From positions 1,541 through 65,540 of the forward strand of contig DASRUA010000153.1 in NCBI GenBank assembly GCA_035655615.1: 64,000 bases of DNA, in the 5' to 3' direction. A program made the translations under genes and the position numbers. Origin of the DNA: Dermatophilaceae bacterium. Its GTDB lineage: Bacteria; Actinomycetota; Actinomycetes; Actinomycetales; Dermatophilaceae. The notes beneath the pieces are model-generated. The model saw only the letters and a list, made by a program, of their open reading frames with translations. It had not been told where the DNA came from and did no database searches. Shown here piece by piece: positions 46,662-55,235 of the stretch. Every line of letters begins with the position of its first letter. The first letter of the stretch is position 1.

Positions 46662-47941
46662 GAGTCGTGCTCTTCACCGGCAAGGGGGGCGTCGGCAAGA
46701 CAACGACTGCCGCGGCAACTGCCGTACAGGCGGCCCGTGCGGGCATCAAGACCCTGGTCATGTCGACCGATGCAGCCCATTCGCTCGGTGATGCTCTGGG
46801 TGTTGTCCTGGTTACCTCACAGGGCGACCTGGACCCGGTGGTCGAGATCGAGCCTGGACTCTTCGCCATGCAGCTCAGTGCTTCCCACAGCGTCCGGCGC
46901 TCCTGGCGGTCGGTACAGGACTACCTCCTGACGGTGTTCAAGGGACTGGGTATCGACCCGGTGGTGGCCGACGAGCTGACCGAGCTCCCAGGCGCCGATG
47001 AGATCGTCGCACTGGTCGAGTTGCGGACACAGGTCGAGTCCGGGCCGTGGGACCTGGTGGTCGTCGACTGTGCCCCGACCGCGGAGACGCTGCGGTTGCT
47101 GGCTCTGCCGGAGGCTCTGGCCTGGCACCTTGAAAGGCTCATCCCGGCCCAGCGAGGTCTCCTACGCGCGCTTCGCCCTGCGGCTGCGACAGCCACCGGT
47201 CTGCCGCTGCCCGGCGTGCAGGTGCTGGACACCCTGCGTCGTTGGCAGGAGGCCCTGCTGGAGATCCAGGCGATCCTTGCCGCCGAGACGACGTCCGTGC
47301 GGTTGGTGCTCACCCCGGAGCGAGTGGTTATCGCCGAGTCACGCCGGACGTTGACCTCCTTGCGGCTCTTCGGGCTGATCGTGGACCAGGTTGTGGTCAA
47401 CCGCGTCTTCCCGGATGCGGCGTCTCCCGGTGCGGCTTCCCCCGGGTCGGCATCCCACGGGTCGGATCAGGAGTCAGCTCACACGGACTGGCTGGCCGGC
47501 TGGAATACAGCCCAGCAGCGGGGACTGTCTGAGGTCCGTCGCTCCTTTGAGCCCCTGCCGATCGTCATCACCCCTTACCTTTCGCACGAGCCTGTGGGCA
47601 CTGACGCACTGGCCGCCCTCGCCGAGGCGCGTACCGGGGAGATCGGTGATGTCCTGATGCCGGCGCCGGCCCAGGGGATGACCGTGCGGCCTGTGGATGG
47701 AGGCTACCTCCTGACGTTGCCGCTGCCGCTGGTCACCGCTTCCGAGGTGGACCTCAAACGACGTGACGACGAGCTGCTCGTATCGGTGGCCGACCATCGC
47801 CGGGTGCTGTCACTGCCCAGTGTCTTGCGCCGGTGTGTTGTTACCGGCGCCGTAGTCCGTAACGCGACCCTTCGGGTGCGGTTCGTTCCCGATGAAAAGG
47901 TCTGGCCCGCTCACGAACAAGAAAGTGTGGCACGTGAATGA
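46658..47941 (+). CDS. ArsA-family ATPase
   Basis: 427-aa ORF with the deviant Walker A GKGGVGKTT and the DTAPTGHTLRLL-like segment DCAPTAETLRLL. It overlaps the upstream stop. Confidence 0.83.
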   Translation: MRVVLFTGKGGVGKTTTAAATAVQAARAGIKTLVMSTDAAHSLGDALGVVLVTSQGDLDPVVEIEPGLFAMQLSASHSVRRSWRSVQDYLLTVFKGLGIDPVVADELTELPGADEIVALVELRTQVESGPWDLVVVDCAPTAETLRLLALPEALAWHLERLIPAQRGLLRALRPAAATATGLPLPGVQVLDTLRRWQEALLEIQAILAAETTSVRLVLTPERVVIAESRRTLTSLRLFGLIVDQVVVNRVFPDAASPGAASPGSASHGSDQESAHTDWLAGWNTAQQRGLSEVRRSFEPLPIVITPYLSHEPVGTDALAALAEARTGEIGDVLMPAPAQGMTVRPVDGGYLLTLPLPLVTASEVDLKRRDDELLVSVADHRRVLSLPSVLRRCVVTGAVVRNATLRVRFVPDEKVWPAHEQESVARE

Positions 47942-48465
47942 CTGAGCAATCCCCGTCCGTGATCGGCACGGTTGCCCAGGAGGCCGCGCTGCTGATCGAG
48001 GACATGGCCACGATGGCGCGCTTGAGCTACAACCGCGTCGATGACCCCAGCCCGTATGCCGGTGAGAGGGTTCAGGAGACTGTCTGGCCGGACCCGCCGC
48101 ATGCCGAAGGCGCCGCAGCGGGTCGTGACGAGGCCGGGGGTTTCGAGGCGACCAACGAAGAGTCGGAAGGTGTCTGCAGCATGTGTGGGGCCGAACACGG
48201 CGCCACCCCGGGCGACGACACCCCTTCAACCTGCAGGATCTGTCCGTTGTGTCGGGGAATCGCGTTGCTGCGCTCGGTCCGGCCGGAGACCGTGGACATG
48301 CTCGCGGACCTCGCCATGTCTGTGGCTGGCAGCCTGCGGGACGTGGCCATGTGGTCACGGGCATCGGATCCGTCCCCTACCGCCCGGTCGAATTCCGGGA
48401 GGCCACCTGAACCTGAGCGTGCACCGGTCCAGGACATTTCCGTAGATGACGAGAGCGAAGGATGA
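47938..48465 (+). CDS. hypothetical protein with Cys cluster
   Basis: 175-aa ORF overlapping both neighbours. It carries CSMCGAEH...CRICPLCRG, a zinc-ribbon-like cluster. Confidence 0.6.
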   Translation: MTEQSPSVIGTVAQEAALLIEDMATMARLSYNRVDDPSPYAGERVQETVWPDPPHAEGAAAGRDEAGGFEATNEESEGVCSMCGAEHGATPGDDTPSTCRICPLCRGIALLRSVRPETVDMLADLAMSVAGSLRDVAMWSRASDPSPTARSNSGRPPEPERAPVQDISVDDESEG

Positions 48466-49421
48466 CGCTGGTGCGCGCAACGATCGGGCTTGACATCGGT
48501 GGCACCAAGATCAATGGCGGTGTCATCGACGAAAAAGGGGTGATTCTGGCCCAGGGACGCAGGGACACTCCGGCCCTTGACCCTGCGGCCATCATCCGGG
48601 AGGCAGCCAGCCTCACTCGGGAGCTCTCCTCTCAGTATCAGATCGACGCCGTCGGCGTCGCGTGTGCCGCCTACATCGACCGTTCAGGGTCCACCGTCTA
48701 TTTCTCCCCGAACCTCGCATGGCGAGATGAACCACTCAAAGAGCGTCTTGAGGCGGCTCTTGACCTGCCCGTGACCATCGAGAACGACGCCAATGCCGCA
48801 GCCTGGGGGGAGCTGCGTTTCGGTGCCGCGGCTGGCTCCGTCAATATGGTCATGGTCACCGTGGGCACCGGTATCGGTGGTGGTGTCGTGGTCGACGGCG
48901 TTCTGATGCACGGCGCCTTCGGGGTGGCCGCCGAGCTTGGGCATATGCGCGTGGTTCCCGGCGGAATCCGTTGCGGTTGTGGCAATCGCGGCTGTTGGGA
49001 GATGTACGCAAGCGGCACGGCCCTGGTCCGCGAGGCGCAGGAGCTCGTCGTGTCCGGGTCGCCGCTCGGTGCGCGACTGGGTGAGCTGTGTGGAGGCGAT
49101 CCCTCGGCGCTGAGGGGGCCGGACGTCACCAGAGCAGCCGTCGAGGGCGATCCAGCTGCAGTCGAGCTGCTGGCCGATCTCGGCGTGTGGATCGGGGAGG
49201 GGCTGGCCTCGGTCGTGGCCATTCTCGACCCCGAGCTGGTCGTCCTGGGCGGGGGAGTGTCCGAGGCAGGGGCCTTACTGGTCGATCCGGCCCTTGCCGC
49301 CTTTCGTCGCCAGCTGACCGGTCGCGGGCACCGGCCGGAGGCTCGGTTCGCCCTGGCGAGTCTTGGCAATGACGCCGGCATGATCGGGGCCGCCGATCTT
49401 GCTGCTCAGGCGTACGCATGA
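48462..49421 (+). CDS. glk: ROK-family sugar kinase (glucokinase-like), copy 1
   Basis: 319-aa ORF with DIGGTK, ENDANAAAWGE and the zinc motif CGCGNRGCWE. Confidence 0.83.
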   Translation: MTLVRATIGLDIGGTKINGGVIDEKGVILAQGRRDTPALDPAAIIREAASLTRELSSQYQIDAVGVACAAYIDRSGSTVYFSPNLAWRDEPLKERLEAALDLPVTIENDANAAAWGELRFGAAAGSVNMVMVTVGTGIGGGVVVDGVLMHGAFGVAAELGHMRVVPGGIRCGCGNRGCWEMYASGTALVREAQELVVSGSPLGARLGELCGGDPSALRGPDVTRAAVEGDPAAVELLADLGVWIGEGLASVVAILDPELVVLGGGVSEAGALLVDPALAAFRRQLTGRGHRPEARFALASLGNDAGMIGAADLAAQAYA

Positions 49422-49479
49422 TTCCCGGGCGGACGCCCTGCACCGTGTCCCGACCAGACGTCGCTGCGCAGGCTTGTGG

Positions 49480-50463
49480 ATGAATCCCCGACTCGCCATT
49501 GGAATTGACATCGGTGGCACGAAGGTGGCCGGTGGTGTGGTCGACCTCGATGGCAACGTTACCCATCGCGCGCGACGGGACACCCCGCACCGTTCCAAGA
49601 GCCCATCGGTCGTCGAAGGGACCATCGTCGAGGTTGTCGCTGAGCTGATGCAGATCGCCGGACCCGAAACCGTCGCTGCTGTTGGTATCGGTGCTGCCGG
49701 GTTTGTCGCGGCGGATCGGGCGACGGTGGTGTTCGCCCCACATTTGTCGTGGCGTCACGAGCCCCTCCAGGAGGCACTGCAGAAGCGGGTGGCGGTGCCG
49801 ATCTACGTTGACAACGACGCCAACGCGGCGGTCTGGGCCGAATGGAAGTTCGGGGCGGCTCAGGGGGAAACCCACGTCATGATGATCACGTTGGGCACGG
49901 GCATCGGCGGCGGCATTCTGATCAATGGTCAGGTGCAGCGCGGTCGCTTCGGTATAGCCGGCGAGTTCGGACATATGCAGGTCGTGCCGGGAGGCCACCG
50001 TTGCGAGTGCGGCAACCGCGGGTGCTGGGAGCAGTACGCCAGTGGTAATGCGTTGGTGCGAGAAGCTCGTTCACTGTTCTCGGCCAACTCTCCCATCGCC
50101 AGCGACCTGCTCGATCGCGTTGAGGGCGTCGTCGGCAACCTGACCGGCCCTTTGATCACACAGGCCGCGCGCGACGGCGACCCGACAGCTCGTGAGCTTC
50201 TCGCCGAGATCGGCCACTGGCTGGGCCTTGGTATCGCAAACCTGGCTGCGGCTTTCGATCCCGGCATGTTTGTCATCGGCGGGGGAGTGAGCGCTGCCGG
50301 TGACCTGTTGTTGACCGCTGCGCGCGAGACCTTCAAGCGGCAGCTGGCCGGTCGCGGATACCGGCCGGAGGCTCGCATCGTGGCTGCGCAGCTGGGCAAT
50401 GACGCCGGCTTGATCGGGGCGGCTGACCTCGCTCGCTATCCGGCTGAAGAACAGGCCGACTGA
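49480..50463 (+). CDS. ROK-family sugar kinase, copy 2
   Basis: ATG 49480 is in frame with ORF 49399..50463. The protein carries DIGGTK, DNDANAAVWAE and CECGNRGCWE. Confidence 0.83.
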   Translation: MNPRLAIGIDIGGTKVAGGVVDLDGNVTHRARRDTPHRSKSPSVVEGTIVEVVAELMQIAGPETVAAVGIGAAGFVAADRATVVFAPHLSWRHEPLQEALQKRVAVPIYVDNDANAAVWAEWKFGAAQGETHVMMITLGTGIGGGILINGQVQRGRFGIAGEFGHMQVVPGGHRCECGNRGCWEQYASGNALVREARSLFSANSPIASDLLDRVEGVVGNLTGPLITQAARDGDPTARELLAEIGHWLGLGIANLAAAFDPGMFVIGGGVSAAGDLLLTAARETFKRQLAGRGYRPEARIVAAQLGNDAGLIGAADLARYPAEEQAD

Positions 50464-50470
50464 CCTGGCG

Positions 50471-51103
50471 TCAAAGCCGTGCGCCGTCGTCGTCATCCTC
50501 ATGATGGCCCGGCATTCGTGAGACCAGCAGCGCGAATCCGCCGACTGACATGGCGATGGCGCTGAGTATCCAGTAGCTGCTCGCATCGCGGTTGAAGAAC
50601 ACGAGATACAGCAGCAGCAGGGGCCCGCCACACATGCCGATGATGATGGCCCAGAACGCAAGATCGCCGGCCGGCAGGGGCGTAACCGGTGGTGGTTCGA
50701 AATGCTCCTCGTACTCGTCGTCCGCCTCCTGTGCCCGCCAGCGCTGCGGAGCGGGGTCGGCCTGCGGGTCGGCTTGCGGGTCGGCTTCTGGGGGGTTGTG
50801 CACCGGTAGCCACGGCGGCGGGTTGATATGCCACTGGTTCGGGCCGGCTTGCGGACCCTCAGCTGGCGGCAGATCGGTCGACCCGGTGGGCTTTTCGGCT
50901 CTCGACTCGGTGATTGTCTCTTCAGCGGCTGTCTCTTCGGTGCGCGTATCGGTTGGCCCGACATCGGTTGCCGCGTCCTCGGCTGCAGGCCGGGCTGCTC
51001 CCTCGGCCTCCGTTGCGTCATCGTTCAGGTGAGCCACGATATCGGCGAATATCGCGTCATCATCGAAGCCGTCGGGCGAGCGCCGACGGTCTGGATCGTT
51101 CAC
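50471..51103 (-). CDS. Pro-rich membrane protein, hypothetical
   Basis: 210-aa ORF with an acidic N-terminus, an ADPQADPQADP repeat and two C-terminal TM helices. It overlaps the upstream gene. Confidence 0.6.
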   Translation of the reverse strand: MNDPDRRRSPDGFDDDAIFADIVAHLNDDATEAEGAARPAAEDAATDVGPTDTRTEETAAEETITESRAEKPTGSTDLPPAEGPQAGPNQWHINPPPWLPVHNPPEADPQADPQADPAPQRWRAQEADDEYEEHFEPPPVTPLPAGDLAFWAIIIGMCGGPLLLLYLVFFNRDASSYWILSAIAMSVGGFALLVSRMPGHHEDDDDGARL

Positions 51104-51864
51104 GTCAGGGTGATCCGCTCGATGAACTTGGCCGACTCGTCAAAGATCCGCGGAGCGTCATTGTCAATGGTGGCAACGTGATACGAGTCCTCCAGCAGGA
51201 TCTCGGTGACATCGCGGCTCGAGATCCTGGACAGGACCAGCGCCGAGCTTGACGCGGGCACGATGTGGTCCTGTGTTGAGCGCAGCAGCAGCACCGGCTG
51301 GGTGACCTCTGGCAGGTCCCGTACGACCAGTTGCCAGCCGCCAAACTGGGAGTGAAGGGCCTTCAACGGGTTGCGGGTGTAAGCGAGCTCGGTAACGCCT
51401 TCTTTCTTCACGTCATTGCCAAACGCGCCCAAGGACGGCACTACGTGCTTCAGGACCGGGAGCAGCCGGATGAGAAGCCGGTTGAAGATGGGCTCCTCCA
51501 GCTTGACGGCGGGGTTGACCAGAATCAGGCCGCTGATGCGGGGTCCGTGTTCCTGAGCCAGCCGCAGCGCCAGGGTGGCCCCCATGGACAGGCCGCCGAT
51601 GACAACACGGTCACAGCTCTCGTGCAGCTCGCGGAATGCCCCGTCGACGCAGGAATACCAGTCCTCCCAGCCGGTGCGGTTCATCTCCTGCCAGGTGGTG
51701 CCGTGTCCAGGCAATAGGGGGACGCGCACCGTGTAGCCCCGATCCGCGAGGTACTCGCCCCACGGGCGCATGCTCTGCGGCGTGCCGGTCGCCCCGTGGC
51801 ACAACAGCACCCCGATGTTGGATCCGTCATGGTTGAACGGTTCGGCCCCGGTCAGAATGGCCAC
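51100..51864 (-). CDS. alpha/beta hydrolase (carboxylesterase / lysophospholipase-like)
   Basis: 254-aa ORF with the nucleophile elbow GLSMGA and an HG oxyanion motif (LLCHGATG). Confidence 0.83.
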   Translation of the reverse strand: MAILTGAEPFNHDGSNIGVLLCHGATGTPQSMRPWGEYLADRGYTVRVPLLPGHGTTWQEMNRTGWEDWYSCVDGAFRELHESCDRVVIGGLSMGATLALRLAQEHGPRISGLILVNPAVKLEEPIFNRLLIRLLPVLKHVVPSLGAFGNDVKKEGVTELAYTRNPLKALHSQFGGWQLVVRDLPEVTQPVLLLRSTQDHIVPASSSALVLSRISSRDVTEILLEDSYHVATIDNDAPRIFDESAKFIERITLT

Positions 51865-52004
51865 GGAATCACTCCTGGTTTCTTGAAAAGTCGACGCTGG
51901 TCCTTGTACGGGAATAGTCGCACGACCGGGGAGCCGCGCATAGTGCCGTACGATTCATAGGTCGGCGACGCGTCTGATTTCTCACATGAAGGAGATGTTC
52001 CGGG

Positions 52005-52898
52005 TTGTTCTACTGGGTGCTCAAGACCCTCATTCTCGGACCGATCCTCAGGTTGCTGTTCCGCCCGTGGGTCGAGGGCGAGGAGAACATCCCGGCCGAG
52101 GGTGCGGCGATCTTCGCCAGCAACCACCTCTCGTTCTCCGACTCGATCTTCTTGCCGCTGGTGGTCTCGCGCCGGGTCACTTTCCTTGCCAAGTCCGATT
52201 ACTTCACAGGTCGTGGTCTTAAGGGCAGGGCGACGGCGGCCTTCCTCAAGGGTGCCGGCCAGCTGTCGGTCGACCGCTCCGGTGGACGCGCCGGTCTGGC
52301 GGCGGTGAACAGCGGTCTGAAGGTCCTGCGCCGCGGCGAGCTGCTCGGCATCTACCCGGAGGGCACTCGTTCACCCGACGGTCGGCTCTATCGCGGGCGT
52401 ACCGGCGTGGCCAGGATGGCGCTCCAGGCTGGATGCCCGGTGTTGCCGGTGGCCATGATCGGGACCGACAAGGCACAGCCGAGCGGTAAGCGGGTCCCCA
52501 AGATCATGCGCATCGGGGTGCGCATCGGCAAGCCGCTGGACTTCTCCCGTTATGAGGGCATGGAGGATGACAGGTTCGTCCTGCGCTCTGTCACCGACGA
52601 GATCATGTACGAGCTGATGCTCTTGTCGCGCCAGGAGTATGTCGACATGTACGCCACCTCGATGAAGGACCGTCTGCTGGCGGCAGCTAGGACCAAGGCC
52701 AAGGAGCTGCAGCAAGACGCCGCAGACAAGATCGACAAGATCGACAAGGGCATCAAGGGTGACGGGGCCACGCTTGCGCACGAAGACCAGAGTGGAGTCT
52801 CTGGACCGGCTCCGGACGAAGCGGTTCCGGATGACGCGGCCTCGAACAACGAGGGCCGTCCGCCGACATCGCAGGGCGACGAGCGCGCTGCCAGCTAG
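52005..52898 (+). CDS. plsC: 1-acyl-sn-glycerol-3-phosphate acyltransferase family
   Basis: 297-aa ORF with the NHLSFSD (HX4D) and IYPEGTRS motifs. GAAGGAG lies upstream. The TTG start is uncertain. Confidence 0.83.
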   Translation: MFYWVLKTLILGPILRLLFRPWVEGEENIPAEGAAIFASNHLSFSDSIFLPLVVSRRVTFLAKSDYFTGRGLKGRATAAFLKGAGQLSVDRSGGRAGLAAVNSGLKVLRRGELLGIYPEGTRSPDGRLYRGRTGVARMALQAGCPVLPVAMIGTDKAQPSGKRVPKIMRIGVRIGKPLDFSRYEGMEDDRFVLRSVTDEIMYELMLLSRQEYVDMYATSMKDRLLAAARTKAKELQQDAADKIDKIDKGIKGDGATLAHEDQSGVSGPAPDEAVPDDAASNNEGRPPTSQGDERAAS

Positions 52899-53101
52899 CG
52901 CGTGAGGTCATCCAGCCGGGAACGGCACAAGACCGCGACGGCAGCGCCGACGCGGTCCGGCCGGCAGGGGGCAAGGGCGGGTTCACCACCGGCCTGGCTG
53001 GGCTGGTCCCGGCGGCGTTCCGCAGGCGGGCCGCAGCTGCACAATCCAGATCACCGAGGGCGTTCACAACACCGCGGTGCCGGAGTAACGTCGGCACGAT
53101 C

Positions 53102-53566
53102 ATGCCGGATCGTGAGCCTCCGCCGCTGCTCGGAACGAGTCACTTCCTCGTTCTGATCGGTCCGCGTGAGCTGGGTTTCTCCGAGGTCAGCAGACTCAGC
53201 TCAGTGACCGATGCGAGCCTCCCGCCGCAGGAAGGCGCACACAGGTTCGAGACGGTCGTCCTGCGGCGAGCGTTGACGCAGTCGAGCGAGCTCTATGACT
53301 GGCGCAGGGAGATTGTGAACGGGCAGGATGACCGACGTCCGGTCACGATCCGCCTGCTCGTTGCGGCCGGGATGGCAGTCGTCAACTCGTGGCGGCTCGA
53401 GGGTGCATGGCCGTGCCGTTGGTCTGGGCCGTCCCTGCATGCGTTGGGAAATGACGTCGCGATCGAGGAGCTAGAGCTCGCCTACGACGACCTGGTCTGG
53501 GTGGTGGATCCGGATAGGCCGCCGTCCAAGTCACCCCGTTCCCGCAAGAAGACCGAAGGAGCCTGA
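53102..53566 (+). CDS. contractile-tail tube-like protein (T4 gp19 / Afp1-like family), copy 1
   Basis: 154-aa ORF. LGFSEVSRLSS, LYDWRREI, RRPVTIRLL and AWPCRWSGPSLHALGNDVAIEELELAYDDL follow the conserved pattern of phage tail-region/tube proteins, recalled from memory rather than searched. Confidence 0.72.
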   Translation: MPDREPPPLLGTSHFLVLIGPRELGFSEVSRLSSVTDASLPPQEGAHRFETVVLRRALTQSSELYDWRREIVNGQDDRRPVTIRLLVAAGMAVVNSWRLEGAWPCRWSGPSLHALGNDVAIEELELAYDDLVWVVDPDRPPSKSPRSRKKTEGA

Positions 53567-53567
53567 G

Positions 53568-53891
53568 ATGGCCGTCAAACGCGATGCCCCGTACGCGCAG
53601 TTCTTGGTCGACCTAGGCACGGGCGCAACCGAAGGCCCCCAGGCCGGCTTCCAGGAGTGCGGTGAGATCGGCATGTCGGTTGACGTGGTCGAGTACCGCA
53701 ACGGGAACGTTGCGGCCTCGCGCACGGTGACGGTGCGGCTGATGAACGAAGACCACACGTCGGTTGTCCAGGAGTGGAGGCTTCTGCGCGCGCGAATCAT
53801 CAAGCACGTGAGTGGTCCGTTCAACGCACGATGCAGCGATGTTGCGATGGAAGAGCTCACACTCGCCTACGAACGTCTTGAGATGGCGTAG
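53568..53891 (+). CDS. contractile-tail tube-like protein, copy 2 (short)
   Basis: 107-aa ORF starting 1 nt after the stop of copy 1. AGFQECGEIGMSVDVVEYRNGN and VTVRLMNEDHTSVVQEWRL...SDVAMEELTLAYERLEM match the same family pattern, but the middle segment is missing. Confidence 0.68.
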   Translation: MAVKRDAPYAQFLVDLGTGATEGPQAGFQECGEIGMSVDVVEYRNGNVAASRTVTVRLMNEDHTSVVQEWRLLRARIIKHVSGPFNARCSDVAMEELTLAYERLEMA

Positions 53892-53902
53892 CCCCCGGCT
53901 GG

Positions 53903-55117
53903 CTATCGAGCGGCCTGCGGGTTGAGCAGCTCTTCGGCGATGCGCGTTCCGATGGGCAGACAGGCTGTCGCGGCAGGCGAGGGGGCGTTGAGGACATGTA
54001 GCACATTGCCCGCGTGACAGAACAGGAAGTCGTCGACCAGGTGACCGTCCTTCGCGACCGCCTGGGCTCGCACTCCCGACATCGACGGGCGCAGGTCCCT
54101 CGTCCTGAGCTCGGGGACCATCAGTCGCGCTTCCCTGAGTAACGAACGTCCGACCAAGGAGCGGGTGACCTCGTGAGCCCCGACCCTGCCGTACTTGCGA
54201 GCCAGACGCCAGGTCCCGCCGTACCCGAGGATTTCGGCCAGGTCCCGGGCTGAGAAGATGCGCCAGGAGTATCCCTCACGGGCCATCGCCGGCACGGCGT
54301 TGGGCCCCACATGGACCACGCCGTCCAGTCCCCGGGTCAGGTGAACCCCGAGGAATGGCAGGTCGGGGTCGGGGACCGGGTACACCAGCCCCCGGACCAG
54401 CGCGGCGCGCTCCGGGACGAGCTCGTTGTACTCGCCGCGGAACGGGAGGATCCTCACGCCCGGGTCGATCCCTGAGGCGCGAGCCAGGCGGTCGGAGTGG
54501 AGCCCGCCACAGACAGCCACCCGGTGGGCAATGATGACGTCCTTGGAGGTGTGCACCCGCACCTCACGAGAGGACGTCGTCACCGACTGCACGGCTTCGC
54601 CGCACCGGATCGTTCCCCCCCGCGTGAGAACCTCCTCCGCCAGGGCAGCGGCAACCTTGCGGTAGTCCACCCTGCCGGTGGACTCCACGACCAGGGCGCC
54701 CAGGACCCGAAGGGCGGGCTCCCGCTCGGCCACCTCGTCGAGATCTGCCCGTCGCACGGGAACCGAGTTCTGGTGTCCCCGGGCCAGGAGCTGGCCCAGC
54801 TTGGCGATGTCCTTCTCCCGGGTGGCCACCACGAGCTTTCCCGAGACGTCGAAGGGGATCCCGTGCTCGGTGCAGTAGGCCAACAGATCGTGGGCGCCCT
54901 GCAAGACCAAGCGTGCCTTGAGTGAACCCGGCGTGTAGTAGAGCCCCGAGTGGATGACCCCCGAGTTGTGGCCCGTCTGGTGGAGCGCCACTGCCTGCTC
55001 CTTCTCCACGAGGACCGTGCTGCGGCCAGGGTCGAGCTCCTGCAGCGCTTTGGCCACAGCCAGCCCGACAATGCCGCCTCCGACGACGACGTTGGGAAGC
55101 ATCAGGACAAGTCCCAT
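53903..55117 (-). CDS. lhgO: L-2-hydroxyglutarate oxidase (FAD-dependent)
   Basis: 404-aa ORF with the N-terminal dinucleotide fold VVGGGIVGLAVA, plus SGVIHSGLYY and LNAPSPAATA. Confidence 0.83.
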   Translation of the reverse strand: MGLVLMLPNVVVGGGIVGLAVAKALQELDPGRSTVLVEKEQAVALHQTGHNSGVIHSGLYYTPGSLKARLVLQGAHDLLAYCTEHGIPFDVSGKLVVATREKDIAKLGQLLARGHQNSVPVRRADLDEVAEREPALRVLGALVVESTGRVDYRKVAAALAEEVLTRGGTIRCGEAVQSVTTSSREVRVHTSKDVIIAHRVAVCGGLHSDRLARASGIDPGVRILPFRGEYNELVPERAALVRGLVYPVPDPDLPFLGVHLTRGLDGVVHVGPNAVPAMAREGYSWRIFSARDLAEILGYGGTWRLARKYGRVGAHEVTRSLVGRSLLREARLMVPELRTRDLRPSMSGVRAQAVAKDGHLVDDFLFCHAGNVLHVLNAPSPAATACLPIGTRIAEELLNPQAAR

Positions 55118-55235
55118 CCGCGCCGGACGCGAGTCTTGGCAGGTGTGGCCGTAATCCGCGTCTTCAGCACCCGATGACTCTATCGACCGGCTGTGCCCTC
55201 GTCGGAAGCGCAGGAGGGTGTGGGCGGCAAGGAGG

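Noticed and set aside
53102-53891. Prophage or complete contractile injection system at the tail-tube genes.
   Set aside because: No other phage, eCIS or integrase genes and no att-like repeats are present in the flanking 10 kb on either side. Only the two tube-like genes are present, so I report them as an orphan pair rather than a system.
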